Shown here: piece after piece, positions 1 through 12,700 of the stretch
Numbering within the stretch: position 1 is the first letter of the stretch
Layout of the letters: every line of letters starts with the position of its first letter
NCBI GenBank assembly: GCA_028534125.1
Contig: CM052817.1
Coordinates: 67,086,001-67,150,000, forward strand
Length of the DNA: 64,000 nt
DNA from: Lama glama
Taxonomy: Eukaryota
Reading direction: 5' to 3'
The notes under the pieces: model-generated
What the model saw: the letters and a program-made list of their open reading frames with translations, nothing else
The model's database searches: none
What the model was told of the DNA's origin: nothing
Translations under genes and position numbers: made by a program

Positions 1-1794
1 CTTAACCTAGAAAACAAACCCATTATCCTACATTTTAGGAAAAGAATGAGATTTACACCTTGCTTTGCACTTTATTTGCATTTACCCATACAAAAATATG
101 TATATATGCATAAATATTTTACACTCAACTCTACCATATTTACTCACAGCATCTTGCAGTGAAAATTTAAAAACATGTTTTCTCATCTCATAACTTTATT
201 TTTCTGCTGGAAATGGCAAATGCAATAGAATCTTCTCCAGAGCTCCTTGTTTCTTTGTGACAATCCAAGGGTTAAATTAAAGGAGAAGTCAGCTCCTTGT
301 CCTTGGCTCAGAGAAAAGCTAAATGTAGCATCCACTTATTTCCACCGCATTCTGTTTTGCTCGTTCCTCTATTAGGACTGAGCATGTAGCCTTCATTTTT
401 TTTTTTAATCCGCAGCCAAGATGCACCTCAAAAGTGAGGAGATATCCAGAATATGGATTGGATCTAATTCTTAAAATCAAAGATAGGTAAGCTCCAAGGT
501 TAAAATTGGAAAGCTCAGGAAATCCTAAGTGCAAACAGCACCTTTCAATCAACTGCAAATCATTTCCTGTTCCCTTGTCTCTGAAATGCAGGATTGCAGC
601 CTCACTGCAATTTTTCTTTCTAAATTAAGAAGCACATTTCAGGTATCTAAGAAGCAGCTGAGTGAAGCAAGGGATTTTAGAACTGGATTCCATTCAATTT
701 TGCTACCGGTTTATTTTATCATTACATTTTCACAGGTTGGGGGTGAGAGTTTTAGAATTTAATGAAGGTCATTAAAGGAAGAAAAATGGCAGCAAAATGG
801 AACTTGATGTTTTAGAGTAAAAAAATAGGAAAATGGAGAAAGCATAATATGATGTTAAAATTCTACACTTTTAATTCCTTTTTCCCAGGATAACTATGAA
901 TTACACGTGACAAATAAGATACATTAAAGAGACTAAGCCTTGTAACACAATTGTATTTAACTACAGAACTTTCTATATTCAACCTTATTCAGACCATTAA
1001 AAGCTGATGCTTACATGTTTATAGTCTTTAAACATTAGAATTGGGATTTAAATGTAAGAGAAAAGACAAGACCAGGCCCTCATGTTAACCTACAGTTAGC
1101 TCACATAAACAGCCCAACCTCCTCCGGAATAAACTACAAAGTACATATTTTAGTCTTTTAATAACAGTAGGTTCTGTCATGGCTAAATTTATTTCTGAAG
1201 TGTGTATACCCAGAGTGTGCCTAAAGAAATTCAATCTGCAGAAGGTTTTAGTGACCTCAGACGAAAATGGCTGTATTTAGCTAGGTTAAAAAATCAGACA
1301 AAGGAATAATTCCTCCTTAATTCCTCTCATTAGAAGCCGTATCTAGCAGAGACCAAGACCTTTTGTAAAGCTTTCCATCTGCCCAATTTACCTGTATAGT
1401 GATGATGTATGGTAAATGACCTCCATTGAAGGTCAAAGAATAAAGAATCAAAATTAAGATATAATTGAGGGAAAACAAAGAGAAAAAAAAGAAACAGAAA
1501 ACACAAAGTTTTATAGATACCAGGAAACATTAGATAAAGACACGAATCTTGCTATTCTATCCATTAGGGAATTAATGCCATTCTGAGATGACATGGATAT
1601 GCCCCATTTAGTCCACTGTGAGGTTTGAAACCCAACTGTAGTATCAGAGTTATCCATCCCTTACCCTTGGGTTCCACTGGTTTTCATTCATTCACGATGT
1701 CCAAAAATCAGAGAAGAGAATGAACCCTTTGGGGATGTTTGAGAGGAAAATGAAAAGTGTCTGTTAACATTGAGGGCTGTAAGCAGATACTGGC

Positions 1795-2271
1795 TATGGA
1801 AGGCAGACTCTAAGAAGGCCCCAAATGATCCCTGACTCCTCATTTTCACATCCTTAAGTAATCTGCCCTAAATTAGCCTGGGTTTGGTTGCTTAATTCCA
1901 ATGAGTTCATTATAGCAGAAACAATGGGATGTCAATTCAAAGATTAAGTTTTTAAAAAGGTTGTGGCTCCTGTCTTGGGCAGAATCTGTGCTCTGGGGAA
2001 ACCAGCTGCCATGATGTGAGGAGCCCTATGGAGATGGCCGCAGGGCAGGAGCCGGTACGTCCAGATTTCAGCAGGCAAAGACCTGAGACCTGTGGACAGG
2101 GGGCTGAGATAACTGCAGCCCCAGGTGACACCTTGACTGCAGACTTCTGAAAGACTAAGCCATCAACACCCAACTAAGCCTCAGCAAGATTCTTGACTCA
2201 CAAGGTAGTAAGTGTTGTTTAAATGTGTTAAGTTTGGGGGTAATTTGCTAGCCAGCAATAGATAACTGATA
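1795..2271 (+). mobile_element. MaLR solo LTR (MLT1E/F-like)
   Basis: Starts TATGGAAGGCAGACTCTAAGAAGGCCCC; internal CCAGCTGCCATGATGTGAGG; typical MLT1 end GGGGTAATTTGCTAGCCAGCAATAGATAACTGATA. Confidence 0.8.
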
Positions 2272-2724
2272 TGGCTTCTGCAGGTTTTCCACTTAATTTT
2301 CCACCCTACTTTTGTTTGATAAAATATGAGCTCTACCTCCATTAATCCACAATTATTTAAGAAAATTATTTTATAATAAAATAAAGATACTGAAATATTG
2401 CCTTCCCTATAGAATAGCTCATTCATCTCTTCGGTACTAATGTTTTAAATATCTATTTAAGACCTCTGGGAAAAATAATAATTTGTTTCTGAACTCTGGG
2501 TCTCATTTTCTTCCTTCTACGTCCATTTAATCCACCATAGAGAAGTCACTGAATTTAACTGTCAATTAACACATGTTTATTTTTTAAAGGAGTTTATATA
2601 TGTATGTATATGTATATATAAGAGGTTATAAATGAATGGATAAGTGAAATATAATAATGTGGTTTTTAACACATAAATGCAGACTATTATAATTAGCATA
2701 ATGATTATTAACAATTCTCCCCAA

Positions 2725-2850
2725 AACTTTGTAATGAAGTTAATGTTATTATTCCCATGTTAGTGATAAGGAAACTGAGACTCAGAGAGGTCACACAGCA
2801 ATGCCTGGAGCAATAAGGGGGCTCATTCTATTCCTCTCTAAATTCAGAAC
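2725..2850 (-). mobile_element. MIR SINE fragment
   Basis: ATTATTCCCATGTTAGTGATAAGGAAACTGAGACTCAGAGAGG matches the antisense MIR core. Confidence 0.65.
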
Positions 2851-2889
2851 CCACACCACATCTAATTTTTTTTTAATTTTGTGAGTAAA

Positions 2890-3320
2890 CATCTGTAAAT
2901 CAGCTTCTTGAGGGACAGAGCCTGAGACAAGTATTTTGGTGCATGCCTTCCTGGAGTGCTCTCAGAAGAAACCTACAAAGAAATGAACAGAAGCAGGATG
3001 TGGCAGGACAAGAAGCTCAACAAAACTGGGGTTTTCACTGAACTCACGATCAGCTCCCCTGATCCCATGCGGAGCTCTTGAAGTAAGTGTCTTGGGGGCT
3101 GCAATTTTGCATCCCTGTATCATCTAGACAGTGGCTATTTTATGTCTTCTTTAGAGGGTGCTGAATTTCTCAGGCATCTTCTAGTGAGATAGTTTTTGCC
3201 AGCCAAAGACAATTCTCTGGAGAAGGGTACAGTTGTACCACATAACTGTCCACACTCACAGCTGCTGGTGATATATGCATTGGCCCAGTAAAGGGATTTT
3301 GGGCAAAGTACCAGCAGGTT
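2890..3320. mobile_element. Old ERVL-type LTR (LTR16/LTR33-like)
   Basis: CAGAGCCTGAGACAAG...AGAAGCAGGA...CCTGATCCCATGCGGAGCTCTTGAAG resembles recalled ERVL LTR consensus; subfamily and orientation uncertain. Confidence 0.5.
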
Positions 3321-4379
3321 CTCTCAGATAAGCCTGAGTCAAATCTTGATTTTTTTATGCTGTCTCCTATGCATTCATTTCACTCCAGCAACTTATATCT
3401 ACATTTCCTAAGCCTGTATCAACCTAAGATCAACCTATGTATCAGATTTTCATTTCAAGCAATGGTGAATCTAATAAAAGAAACAAGGAAAAATTAAGGA
3501 AGCTTTGTATCAGGAGCCACTTTATCATCAACAGGAGTATTTTATAGTTGGTCCTACTTTAACTTGATGTGACAGTTGCCAGTCTCTGTGCTTACACCTC
3601 TCTACTATCGTTTTCCAGTAACTGACATGCAGAATTATGCCATGTCTTGTACTTGTTGTACCTCCGATCCATTTTGCTATGAAAGTCCACTTGTGTCTTG
3701 CTGTCTGGATCTTCACTGAATGTTTACCCTGACTTTTTGGGTAAAAAAAGTCTAGAACTTACCTACTTGTGCTTACATCTTTTTTGAATGATTTCTTCTG
3801 TTAGGAGCTCATATTTCTCTGTGCACAATTAGGTATTATTTTCAGTCCCAGAGATATTACCCAGTCCTTTGGATCTGCTCCCCAGGTCCTACAGCCAGTT
3901 GCTCCCAGTGATGACAGTATCTTTCTTTTCAGAAGCCCCATTATGGTGGCCTCCCTGTGGAGAGGGCACTAATTTACAATTACAGATAGCTATAAAATAT
4001 TCAGAAATGTAAAGCATTTAATTATACAGAGAAAGGTGATCCTACAATTTTAAATTCTTGGGAATTCTTTACTTGCCCATTGCAACCCCCATAAATGTCC
4101 ATAAGACCACAGTCTGCAAATTAGAAAGTGAGAAACTACCCCTCGAGACAGCTGAGGTCTGGGTGAACCACAAGGAAATGCCTTCACCTGAAAGCCAAAT
4201 AATCATGGTAAAAAGGCAGGGAACTCTGGTGAGCTTTATTCTAACTCGATGAGACCTAGAGGATCATGGATTTCATAAAAATAAATCTTTCACTTTTTAA
4301 AATCCTACACTAAGTGCACTGATGTCACTTATAATTACAAAATTCATTTTTAAATCTGCATTTGGATTTCCTGATAGAG

Positions 4380-4405
4380 AATAATAACAATAATAACAGC
4401 AGCAA

Positions 4406-4440
<35 letters not shown>

Positions 4441-4586
4441 AGGAAGAGGAAGAAAAAGCAGCATCAGCAGCAGCCATCACTGTCACCACCACTAGCTGTG
4501 AATCGTCTCTTGGAATACTTGACCAAAAAATAAAGAATGAAAAACAAGGACAACAATAATAATGAATAATAGTAGTAATTGTAATG

Positions 4587-4630
<44 letters not shown>
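4380..4630. repeat. Compound (AAT)n microsatellite with CAG/GAA/CAC interruptions
   Basis: Two AAT arrays (~4405-4439 and ~4595-4628) plus degenerate triplet runs. Confidence 0.95.
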
Positions 4631-4907
4631 CAGTAAATCCCACAGCATCCAGACTTCTCTGGTGAAATATTTCATCCTGAGCTGCTAGCACACTTCTACA
4701 TGAGAAGAGCTTAAGTGTCAGACATACTGGGGATACACATACAAAAAATTCATGAGATATTTTTCTTGTAATTATTGGGCTTAGAATTTAGTAAGGAGAG
4801 GTGAAACATGACTAATATTACCTGTGATAAAGTGTTACGTTTGATATATTATGCCCCCACAGAGGAACCAGACAAAAAGCATGAAGACAAGAATTCTACA
4901 TGTGTCA

Positions 4908-5064
4908 GGAGGGAGGGTATAGCTCAATGGTAGAGTGCCTGCTTAGCATGCGTGAGGTCCTGGGTTCAGTCCCCAGTACCGTTAAAGTAAATAAATAAGC
5001 CTAATTACCCCCTCAATAAATGATAAATAAATAAATTTTTTTAAAGTAAAAAAAATGTATAAAA
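4908..5064 (+). mobile_element. tRNA-derived SINE, camelid Vic-1-like
   Basis: Head GGGAGGGTATAGCTCAATGGTAGAG (A box) ... GGTTCAGTCCCC (B box); A-rich tail; perfect 19-bp TSD AAGAATTCTACATGTGTCA at 4889-4907 and 5065-5083. Confidence 0.92.
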
Positions 5065-6061
5065 AAGAATTCTACATGTGTCAAGTGAAGAAAGTTTTTA
5101 TAGAGTGGGCAATTCAAGGTAAATCTTGAAAAACTTCTTTCTCCCTGTCCTCCCCATGTTTGATTAAGTAATTAAGAATTACTACCATTACCATTCTCTG
5201 TTGATTTGGGGAAGAAGAAATACACATAAGTTAGCTCTAGAGGTGAAGAAAACAGAAGGTAGGGCATGGCTCTGGGTCAGCATGGAAGTGGTGGTGATGT
5301 TTGAGGTGATGGACCAAAATACAGAAGCTTTGAGAAAAGAGAGTATCGAACATCAGAGGAGGCTTCAAAATGAGTGCTTTCACTGAACTGGCAGGATTAT
5401 TGCCTGAAAGCAGACAAGTTATACCTAGAGTTACTAGTTCTGAAAAAAGAAGTACAATTAGCATCAAAAATCACAAAATTATTTTTCCTTTTGAAGTTGT
5501 TATAAAATGTATTATTTTGCCTAATGCATGTAAGAAACCAGCCCATTACTGTATATATAGGCTTTTTAGAAAGCTGAATGAATACTTTCATTAGACAGAT
5601 AAAATCTCCTGTGTTCATGAGGCTTACTCTCTGGTAAGGGAGACAATTTAAAATTATCCAGTATACACTCTCCCAGGTACATACCTATATGAGTTGTCCT
5701 TTGACATATGACTTATGCTTTAACTCATCAAGAGTATCTTAATGGAGATCATACCACATACTAGAGCTGCTAGATTCTAGGGGGAAATAAGAAGGAATCA
5801 GAAATAGATTCCACTGTGTAGGAAATATCAGTCCAGTTGGAGCCATAGGGCATATAACTAATAATTCAAAATGTGGAAAAGGTAAGAGCCATCAGAATAT
5901 AGATTATACTACAGGATTCCTGAGGAGAAAAGGATGACATTTTAGTAGAAGAAATAAATACATGCTGATGGAGAAATTGACAAATCATCTAAACTTGAAT
6001 AAAGTTCATAGTATGGATACGTGCACAAGGGCAGAGTGGAAAGTGTGAATGAATAAGGCAG

Positions 6062-6444
6062 CGTATTAGTTTGCTGGGGCTTCTGTAACAAGTACCGCAG
6101 ATTAAGGAGCTTAAACAATACCAGTTTATTTTCTAAAGGTTCTGAAGACTAGAATTCTGAGATAACGATGTTGACAGGGTGGGTTCAGAGGGCCATGAAG
6201 AAAGGATTTGTTTCGGGGCTCTCTCCTTGACTTATGTGGTTGTCCTCCCCCTGGATGTGTCAGTGTCTGAATTTTCTCTTCTTTCTAAGATCCCAGTTGT
6301 ATTGGATTAGGGTTCACCCTAACGACCTCATTTTAACTGAATGATCTCTGTCATTACCTTATCTCTAAATATGGTCACAGTTTTAGGTAATGGGGTTAGG
6401 ACTTCAATGTACATTTTTTGGGGAAAACGATTGAGCCCATAACA
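6062..6444 (-). mobile_element. MaLR solo LTR (MLT1A/B-like)
   Basis: (T/C)GTATTAGTTTGCTGGGGCT...GAGCCCATAACA termini; imperfect 5-bp TSD GGCAG/GGCAA. Confidence 0.85.
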
Positions 6445-6549
6445 GGCAATGAGGTGAAGAATTATGGGATATATAAAGAGAATGGTGAATTTTAGCTTGA
6501 CTAAAACATAACGGCATAAACTAACATAGAAATCAGGCTGGACAAAGAC

Positions 6550-6652
6550 TGAAGCCGGATTGTACAGGATCTTGAATATCAATCTAGAAAGTTTGGACTT
6601 AATTCCTCAAGCATTAGGGAACTAGAAATGAATCTGAGCAGGGGAGTAACAT
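6550..6652 (-). mobile_element. L2 fragment
   Basis: AAGTTTGGACTTAATTCCTCAAGCATTAGGGAAC...TGAGCAGGGGAGTAACAT is typical antisense L2. Confidence 0.55.
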
Positions 6653-6654
6653 AA

Positions 6655-6850
6655 TAAATATTTATCGCATGTTTACAGTGTGCCAGGCATCATGCTAAGT
6701 GTTTTACCATAACATTTTATTATCTCTCATTTTTATGTTTGCAATGATACTTTAACCAGGTTTTATTAGTTTTGTTTTACAGAGTAGTAAACTAAGGTTA
6801 AAAAAAGTTATTATAGCTAGTGAATATTAGAGCAGGGAAGCTTAAGTCTT
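6655..6850 (-). mobile_element. MIR fragment
   Basis: TGTGCCAGGCATCATGCTAAGTG...TTTTACAGAGTAGTAAACTAAGG. Confidence 0.6.
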
Positions 6851-6869
6851 CAAAAGTCTGGCATCACAT

Positions 6870-7865
6870 TCAGTGTATTTTTAAGCTCAGATCTTGTAGT
6901 TTTCATCTCTAAAATTTCAATTAGTGTTTTTTTTTCAATATATCATCAGTGTCGCTGCTTCAATTTTGAAAATAAGGGATAGAGCCATAACTTTTTTATG
7001 TCCTTGGCCTGTAAGTCTCATGTCTGTCAGTTCTGGGTCAGTTTCAAGTAATTGGTTTGTCTCCTTCTCATCGCTCATATTTTCCTGCTTCTTTGTGTGC
7101 CTGGTAATCTTTAATTGGATACTAGGCATTTCAAGTTTTACCTTGTAGTGTTCTGGATGTATTTTTATAAGAATTCTTGACCTTTGTTCTGGGATGTAGT
7201 CAAATTCCTTAGAAATGTTTTGATCCTTTTTTGAGTCTTGCTTTTAAGATTTGTTAGGTGAGAGTGGAGCAGGGCTCAGACTAGGCCTGATTATTCCCCA
7301 TTTCTAAGGCAAGACCCTCTCTGCACTCTACTCCATGCTCTGTATAGCTTGAGATTTTCCAATCTGGCTCATGGCAACAGGCACTATTCTCCCAGGTGTG
7401 AGCTGGGCACAATTTTCTCTAATCCTTTCCAGTGATTCTTTCCCTCACCTCAGATAGTTCCTCAAATGTACATACTGATCAGTGCATTGCTGACTACTCA
7501 AGGGGTCCATCTGCAGAAGTCTAGATTTCTCTCTTGTGTAGCTCTCTCCTCTCCAGCATCTGTCCTGAAAATCCAGGCACTTTGATCTACTTAGACTCGC
7601 AGGTCCATCTCCTCAGCGTGGTCTGCTCTGGGCTCCACCCCATCTCATCCTTCTTGTGTCATGGCCTGGAGGCTCTCCAAGTCATGGGGCTGAGACATTT
7701 GTAGATCTCACTTCATTTGCTTCTAATTGCTCAAGGATCATCCTCCTTCATTTTCTGATGTTCACTCTCTTGCTAACTGTTGTTTACTTATTTTGTATGG
7801 ATTTTGTCTGTTTCAGATGGAAAGGTGAATTTGATCCCTTTCATTCAATTTTGATCTGAAGCAAC
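6870..7865 (-). mobile_element. Ancient L1M 5' UTR/ORF1 fragment
   Basis: Minus-strand translation KITRHTKKQENM...NQLLETDPELTDM resembles the old L1 ORF1 N-terminus. Confidence 0.7.
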
Positions 7866-7971
7866 ATCAGCCTAGGTATCCTTATTTTAAAATGTTGCTT
7901 TCCACATGCATTTCAGGAGGTAGGGTAGAAGAGTAAAGTGAGCAGTAAAGTCTTAAAATTAAAACATATTT

Positions 7972-8552
7972 AGACACATGCACCCCAATGTTCATAGCAG
8001 CACTGTATACAACAGCCAAGACATGGAAGCAACCTAAATGTCCATCGACAGATGACTCGATAAAGATGTGGTATATTTATACAATGGAATACTACTCAGC
8101 TATAAAAAATAAAATAATGCCATTTGCAGCAACATGGATGGACCTAGAGATCATCATTCTAAGTGGAATAAGCCAGAAGAAGAAAGAAAAATACCATATG
8201 ATATCACTCATATGTGGAATCTAAAAAAAAAGGAAAAAAAGGACACTATGAACTCATCTACAAAACAGAAACAGACTTGCAGACGTAGTAAACAATCTTA
8301 TGGTTACCCGGAAAGCGGGTGGGAAGGATAAATTTGGGAGTTTGAGATTTACAAATGTTAGCCACTATGTATAAAAATAGATTTTAAAAAGTTTCTGCTG
8401 TATAGCACAGGGAACTATGTTCAATATCTTGTAATAACCTTTAATGAAAAAGAATATGAAAATGAATATATGTATGTATATGCATGACTGGAACATTGTG
8501 CTGCACACCAGAAACTGACACATTATAATTGACTGTACTTCAATTAAAAAAA
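7972..8552 (+). mobile_element. 5'-truncated young L1 (ORF2 C-terminus plus 3' UTR)
   Basis: ORF 7988-8224 MFIAAL..AKTWKQPKCPS..MWYIYTMEYYSAIK..FAATWMDLE is the L1 ORF2 C-terminus; A-tail; similar flanks AAAACATATTTA/AAAAAATATTTA. Confidence 0.93.
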
Positions 8553-9201
8553 ATATTTAAGGCAAATCACCAGTGTAAATGTGTGTTACTGTGACAAAGG
8601 TGGAGCAAATAAGGAAGACAGTCTTACCTGCTCTCTTCTCCCTGGAGGAATTAGATGAATTACTATTGTTGCTGAACAGTGAGACATCTCGGACCCTGGG
8701 AATCCCACTCTGCTCCAGAACTAGTTTTTCAAGGAGGAACCTTCTATCCTTCCTTTCTTCTTCCTTTCCTTCCTTATTTGAGCATGGGTTAATCTGACAG
8801 CCATGCCATCCTCAGCTTCTTTCTTTTCCTTGTAATGAAAACACCACTCTAAATGAGTAGGGCATCCAATATTACTTTAGTTGCCATTTAATAATAATTT
8901 CCTATTGTCACCTAGTGTTGCTAATGTGCTGAAATGAATTTCCATACCCCTTCCGTATCTACTAGAAGCCCATTTATGAATACGATTCTAACTAAGAGCA
9001 ATATCATAGAAATTTGGTGAGCATTTCTTTAACATACTAGAATAGAATTCATGGACACAGTCCTTAAGAATGATGTGTAATCTATCTTTCAAAAATTAAA
9101 TCATAGTTTCAATATATTAGGGAATCTTGGTTTTTAAAATATAATTTCAAAATTTGATTTTAAATAGTGATTTTTATCTGAGCTCTCACTTTGAGGAAAT
9201 A

Positions 9202-9549
9202 CAGTAGTCTCTCAGTATCTGTGGAGGATTGATTCCAAGACCCCCTCTGGATACTAAGATCCCCAGATGCTCAAGTCCCTTATATAAAATGACATAGTAT
9301 TTGCATGTAATATACACACATCCTCCCATATGATTTAAATCATCTCTAGATTATTTATTATACCTAATACAATGTAAGTGCTATGTAAATAGTTGTAAAT
9401 AAAATGTAAGTGTTATATGACTATTTTTCAGCCCAGGACAAATTCAAATTTTGCTTTTTGGAACTCCCTGGAAATTTTTTTGAGTATTTTCAGTTTGTGG
9501 TTGGTTGAATCTGTGGATGCTGAACCCTGCCCACACAGGGAGCTGACTT
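9202..9549 (+). mobile_element. MER2/MER2B-type Tigger DNA transposon
   Basis: TA|CAGTAGTCTCTCAGTATCTGTGGAGGATTGATTCCAAGACCCC...GATGCTCAAGTCCCTTATATAAAATG...GGTTGGTTGAATCTGTGGATGC. Confidence 0.88.
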
Positions 9550-10977
9550 CACATGTAGCATTTTGTATTCTCATATTTCTGGTCTCCATACAGACCTGCC
9601 CTCGAATCAGTATGTCCACTGTATTTCTTATTAGTAAGCTTTATGATAAAGGTTAGACACCTCTACAAACTGTATACTGACCTCACTATTCTGTATAATC
9701 TAGAAATCTTCTAATGGGAGGGATTTTTTGAATTATAATTAACATTGGAGACTGGATCTTTTTTTGTTTTTCAATTAAATTGAGTTATATTGAATGAAAA
9801 CTATATTTTGATCAATCACATAATTGTAATTTCTAACACTTAATATGTGAATCATGTATACAGAGTGGTGTCAATTTGGTAGCTCAAATATCTGAAGTCT
9901 GGGAAAAACACTTTTATTCTGAGGGGTTTTTGGTTTCCCCACTCAGAAGACACTAAAGGCAGGATTAATTGAATTCTAATATAGACAGTTAATACTATAC
10001 AACTGATAGATATTGATAGAAATAATATACTTAATATTTATTTGATGTATTTAATATTTATTATATTAATAGGTAGGATAGCTTTGATATATATCAATGT
10101 TTGAATGATTAAAATGAATAGTCTTTGACTTTCCACACTTTGCAATAATGCTACAACTTCCTTTCACCAATAATTTTGGTATGCTCTACTCAATTAAGAG
10201 ACTTTAATGGAAGTCTTTGGGGCTACTTTCTTAAAAATAGTACATTCTTTTTAAATATTATGAAGAGTTTCGATATCTTATTTTAGTGTATAAATGCACA
10301 ACAAAAATCTTGCTCACATAATTGTACCAAAAGCTAAAAAACGATCTTTTTCCTTTAGCTTATTTATGCTTATATTTCTGGAGGCTAGGTTAATTGTGAC
10401 ATATTGACAAAATAAAAGCTTCACAATTTGTCTAATTCTTTTATTATCGAGCTTTTAAAATGTTAGGCCACAGATAAAGGTGTGCTGTAAGAAAGTAGTC
10501 CCGTGTGTACGTTCCTAAACAGAAAATGAAGCAAATGTACTTTGCTTGCTTATGTTTTTACTCCCTCTCTGCCTGTCTTCTCTGTCCTTCTTGAAAATGA
10601 ATGATTGAATAGAACGGCCTCGACATAGGGTCCGTTTCTCTTTGTGCCTTGTTCAATGTGAAGATCCTACAGCCTGAAGCAATATCTCCTTTAGAAAACA
10701 GGGAATTATTTAGAGAGTGCAGCCATCCTGTGATTGCAAGGGAGGATTCTAGGGTTTTGTAAAGGCAAAAATAATGCTTTCAAATCCACACAGATGTCAT
10801 TCAAAGCTGAATGCTAAGTAGAAAAAAATTAAGCAGCCACAACTATTAGATCTTAGGCTGAAAGATGCTATAGAAGTTGAAATTTGCATATTCATTACCT
10901 AGTTAATAGTCTTTCAAACTAATAAAATACACCACTTAGAAGAATAAAGAAGATTTTGATTTTTTACACTTAACTTA

Positions 10978-11028
10978 TTTTATACTTACTAAATAATAAA
11001 TATGATTTTTATACTTACTAAATAATAA
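10978..11028. repeat. 22-bp direct repeat (period 29)
   Basis: TTTTATACTTACTAAATAATAA at 10978-10999 and 11007-11028. Confidence 0.85.
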
Positions 11029-12269
11029 CTGAGACATTAAGAGAACTGTTAAAATGTTAATATTTTTAAAAAGTTACAGTGTTATTCGTTCATGAATTAA
11101 AAAAGCATTGTTTTTTCATTGGCAAACCTTCTTTCTATTAGTCCATGCTTTCATTTCATTAAATCAGATTTTTGAGATGCTCTATCCAACTTGCAAATTT
11201 TGATGTGGCTTTGGTGGTTTATACTATTTCCTTAAGTTAATTGCAAGGTTTCCCAGGACCTAAATATATAAAAGCATATTTCAGTAGCAAAACTAATTTG
11301 GCAGATTTGTTTCAAATGGTGTATGTGCTATGGATTTGGGGATCAGGTTTGGGGTATGAGAATTACATGCTATGACATTGAGTCACAGCCTTAGAATAGC
11401 AGGGCTCTTCACTTTCATGGTCATGCAGAAAACCAGGCCAGGCCAGGCAAAAGCAAGGAGCTTTAGCACAGAATTAGAGGGTGATCTGGCTAGCTCTCTA
11501 AAGGGAAAAAATTGAAGTGAGGAAAGAGGAATGTTGGGGGCTTGGGGGCTGGGTAGAAAGAAAAAGTAACAGATGAAGGGGTAAAGCACTGTTTTCAACG
11601 AAATCACCCTGGAGATTACTAATTTCTCTAAATATTGATGCTTATGAAAATGCAAGTGCGTAATAAATGATTCAAAGGATACTTGAAACTCTCAGGCACA
11701 CATTTTTAATATCAGGTGGGAAGAAAAAGGTAAAATTTTGAGCATGAAAAATATTTTTATTAAAAAAATGTGATTTGTCCATGAGGCAGGTTTCTTTAAG
11801 CTCTCCGAGTTCACTGTACATCCTCAGCAGTTTAGTGGGCCCTGCCGCAGAATCATCATAAATCAATAAGAGGATGTCTTGAGCCACGGGGAATTAGCTG
11901 GCTTGCTTATGTATGAGACGATTCACAGCACTTCCACTCGGAAACCTGGAAACCTTTTATGAGACCACATGCTTGCTTGTCTGAGACACACCTAAGTCTA
12001 GGCAGGGGTAGCTTTAGTAGATTGTGTTAGTTTTCCCTGTGTTTTTTCCACCTGACTGAAGGAAATTTTTTTCTAGACAAAACCTCTTTCCTTTTTGGGC
12101 AGGGACCTCTAAATTAATTCCTAGGTGTCTGGACCAGACCCAGTACTATAGATTACCATGAATATTATCAGCTCCAGAACACGCAAGAATTCAAATCTGA
12201 CTAAGAGAAGGGAGTGGAGGAGGAGGTCTGCTTTTGAAATAATAGATACAATCAGAAATTCTCTGATGG

Positions 12270-12288
12270 AATCCACTAGGGGGCAGCT
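12270..12288 (+). promoter_or_regulatory. CTCF core motif
   Basis: CCACTAGGGGGCAGC at 12273-12287 matches the CTCF core consensus. Confidence 0.6.
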
Positions 12289-12700
12289 CCCTTGTGATAC
12301 GCTCATAGTATTTTCTGAAGCCTGTCGCAAGTATTCCCAGATACTATCGCTGTCCCTGTCACACTTCAGTCTAACCCATCAGAAATCCTGCCTCGAGTTC
12401 CAGTATTATGCAGCATCCCATGTACCAGTGGAGGCTGTGAAAGGAACGTAAATGTGGATCTTAGAGGGATTTTTAGTATCAAGAGACTGGAAGACTGTTC
12501 TCAGAAGCCACAGAAATGCTAAGCTATTATATAAAACCATAGAACCTCTTTCGCTAGATAATTTTTATTGTTTATTATTATTATTGTTGCTGCTGTTGTT
12601 ATTTTTTCCTGAAAGAAGCTGAAATCATCCTGCAAGTGAAGAGCTTCAAAGGAAAGACAGTTACAATTTAAATAAAGAAAACCTAGAAGAGAAGACTTTT

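Noticed and set aside
4325..4691. Overlapping ORFs with poly-I/Y/N tracts
   Set aside because: Read-through of the (AAT)n microsatellite
4908..4980. tRNA gene-like sequences (also at 35590-35660, 35705-35775 and 47577-47650)
   Set aside because: A-rich tails, TSDs and degenerate stems indicate SINEs rather than functional tRNAs
11672..11887. ORF with ILLLIYDDSAAGPTK resembling a reverse-transcriptase YxDD motif
   Set aside because: Not a true YxDD and no other colinear RT motifs nearby
12158..12451. 97-aa ORF as a possible small gene
   Set aside because: No recognisable domain or splice context; the length is expected by chance
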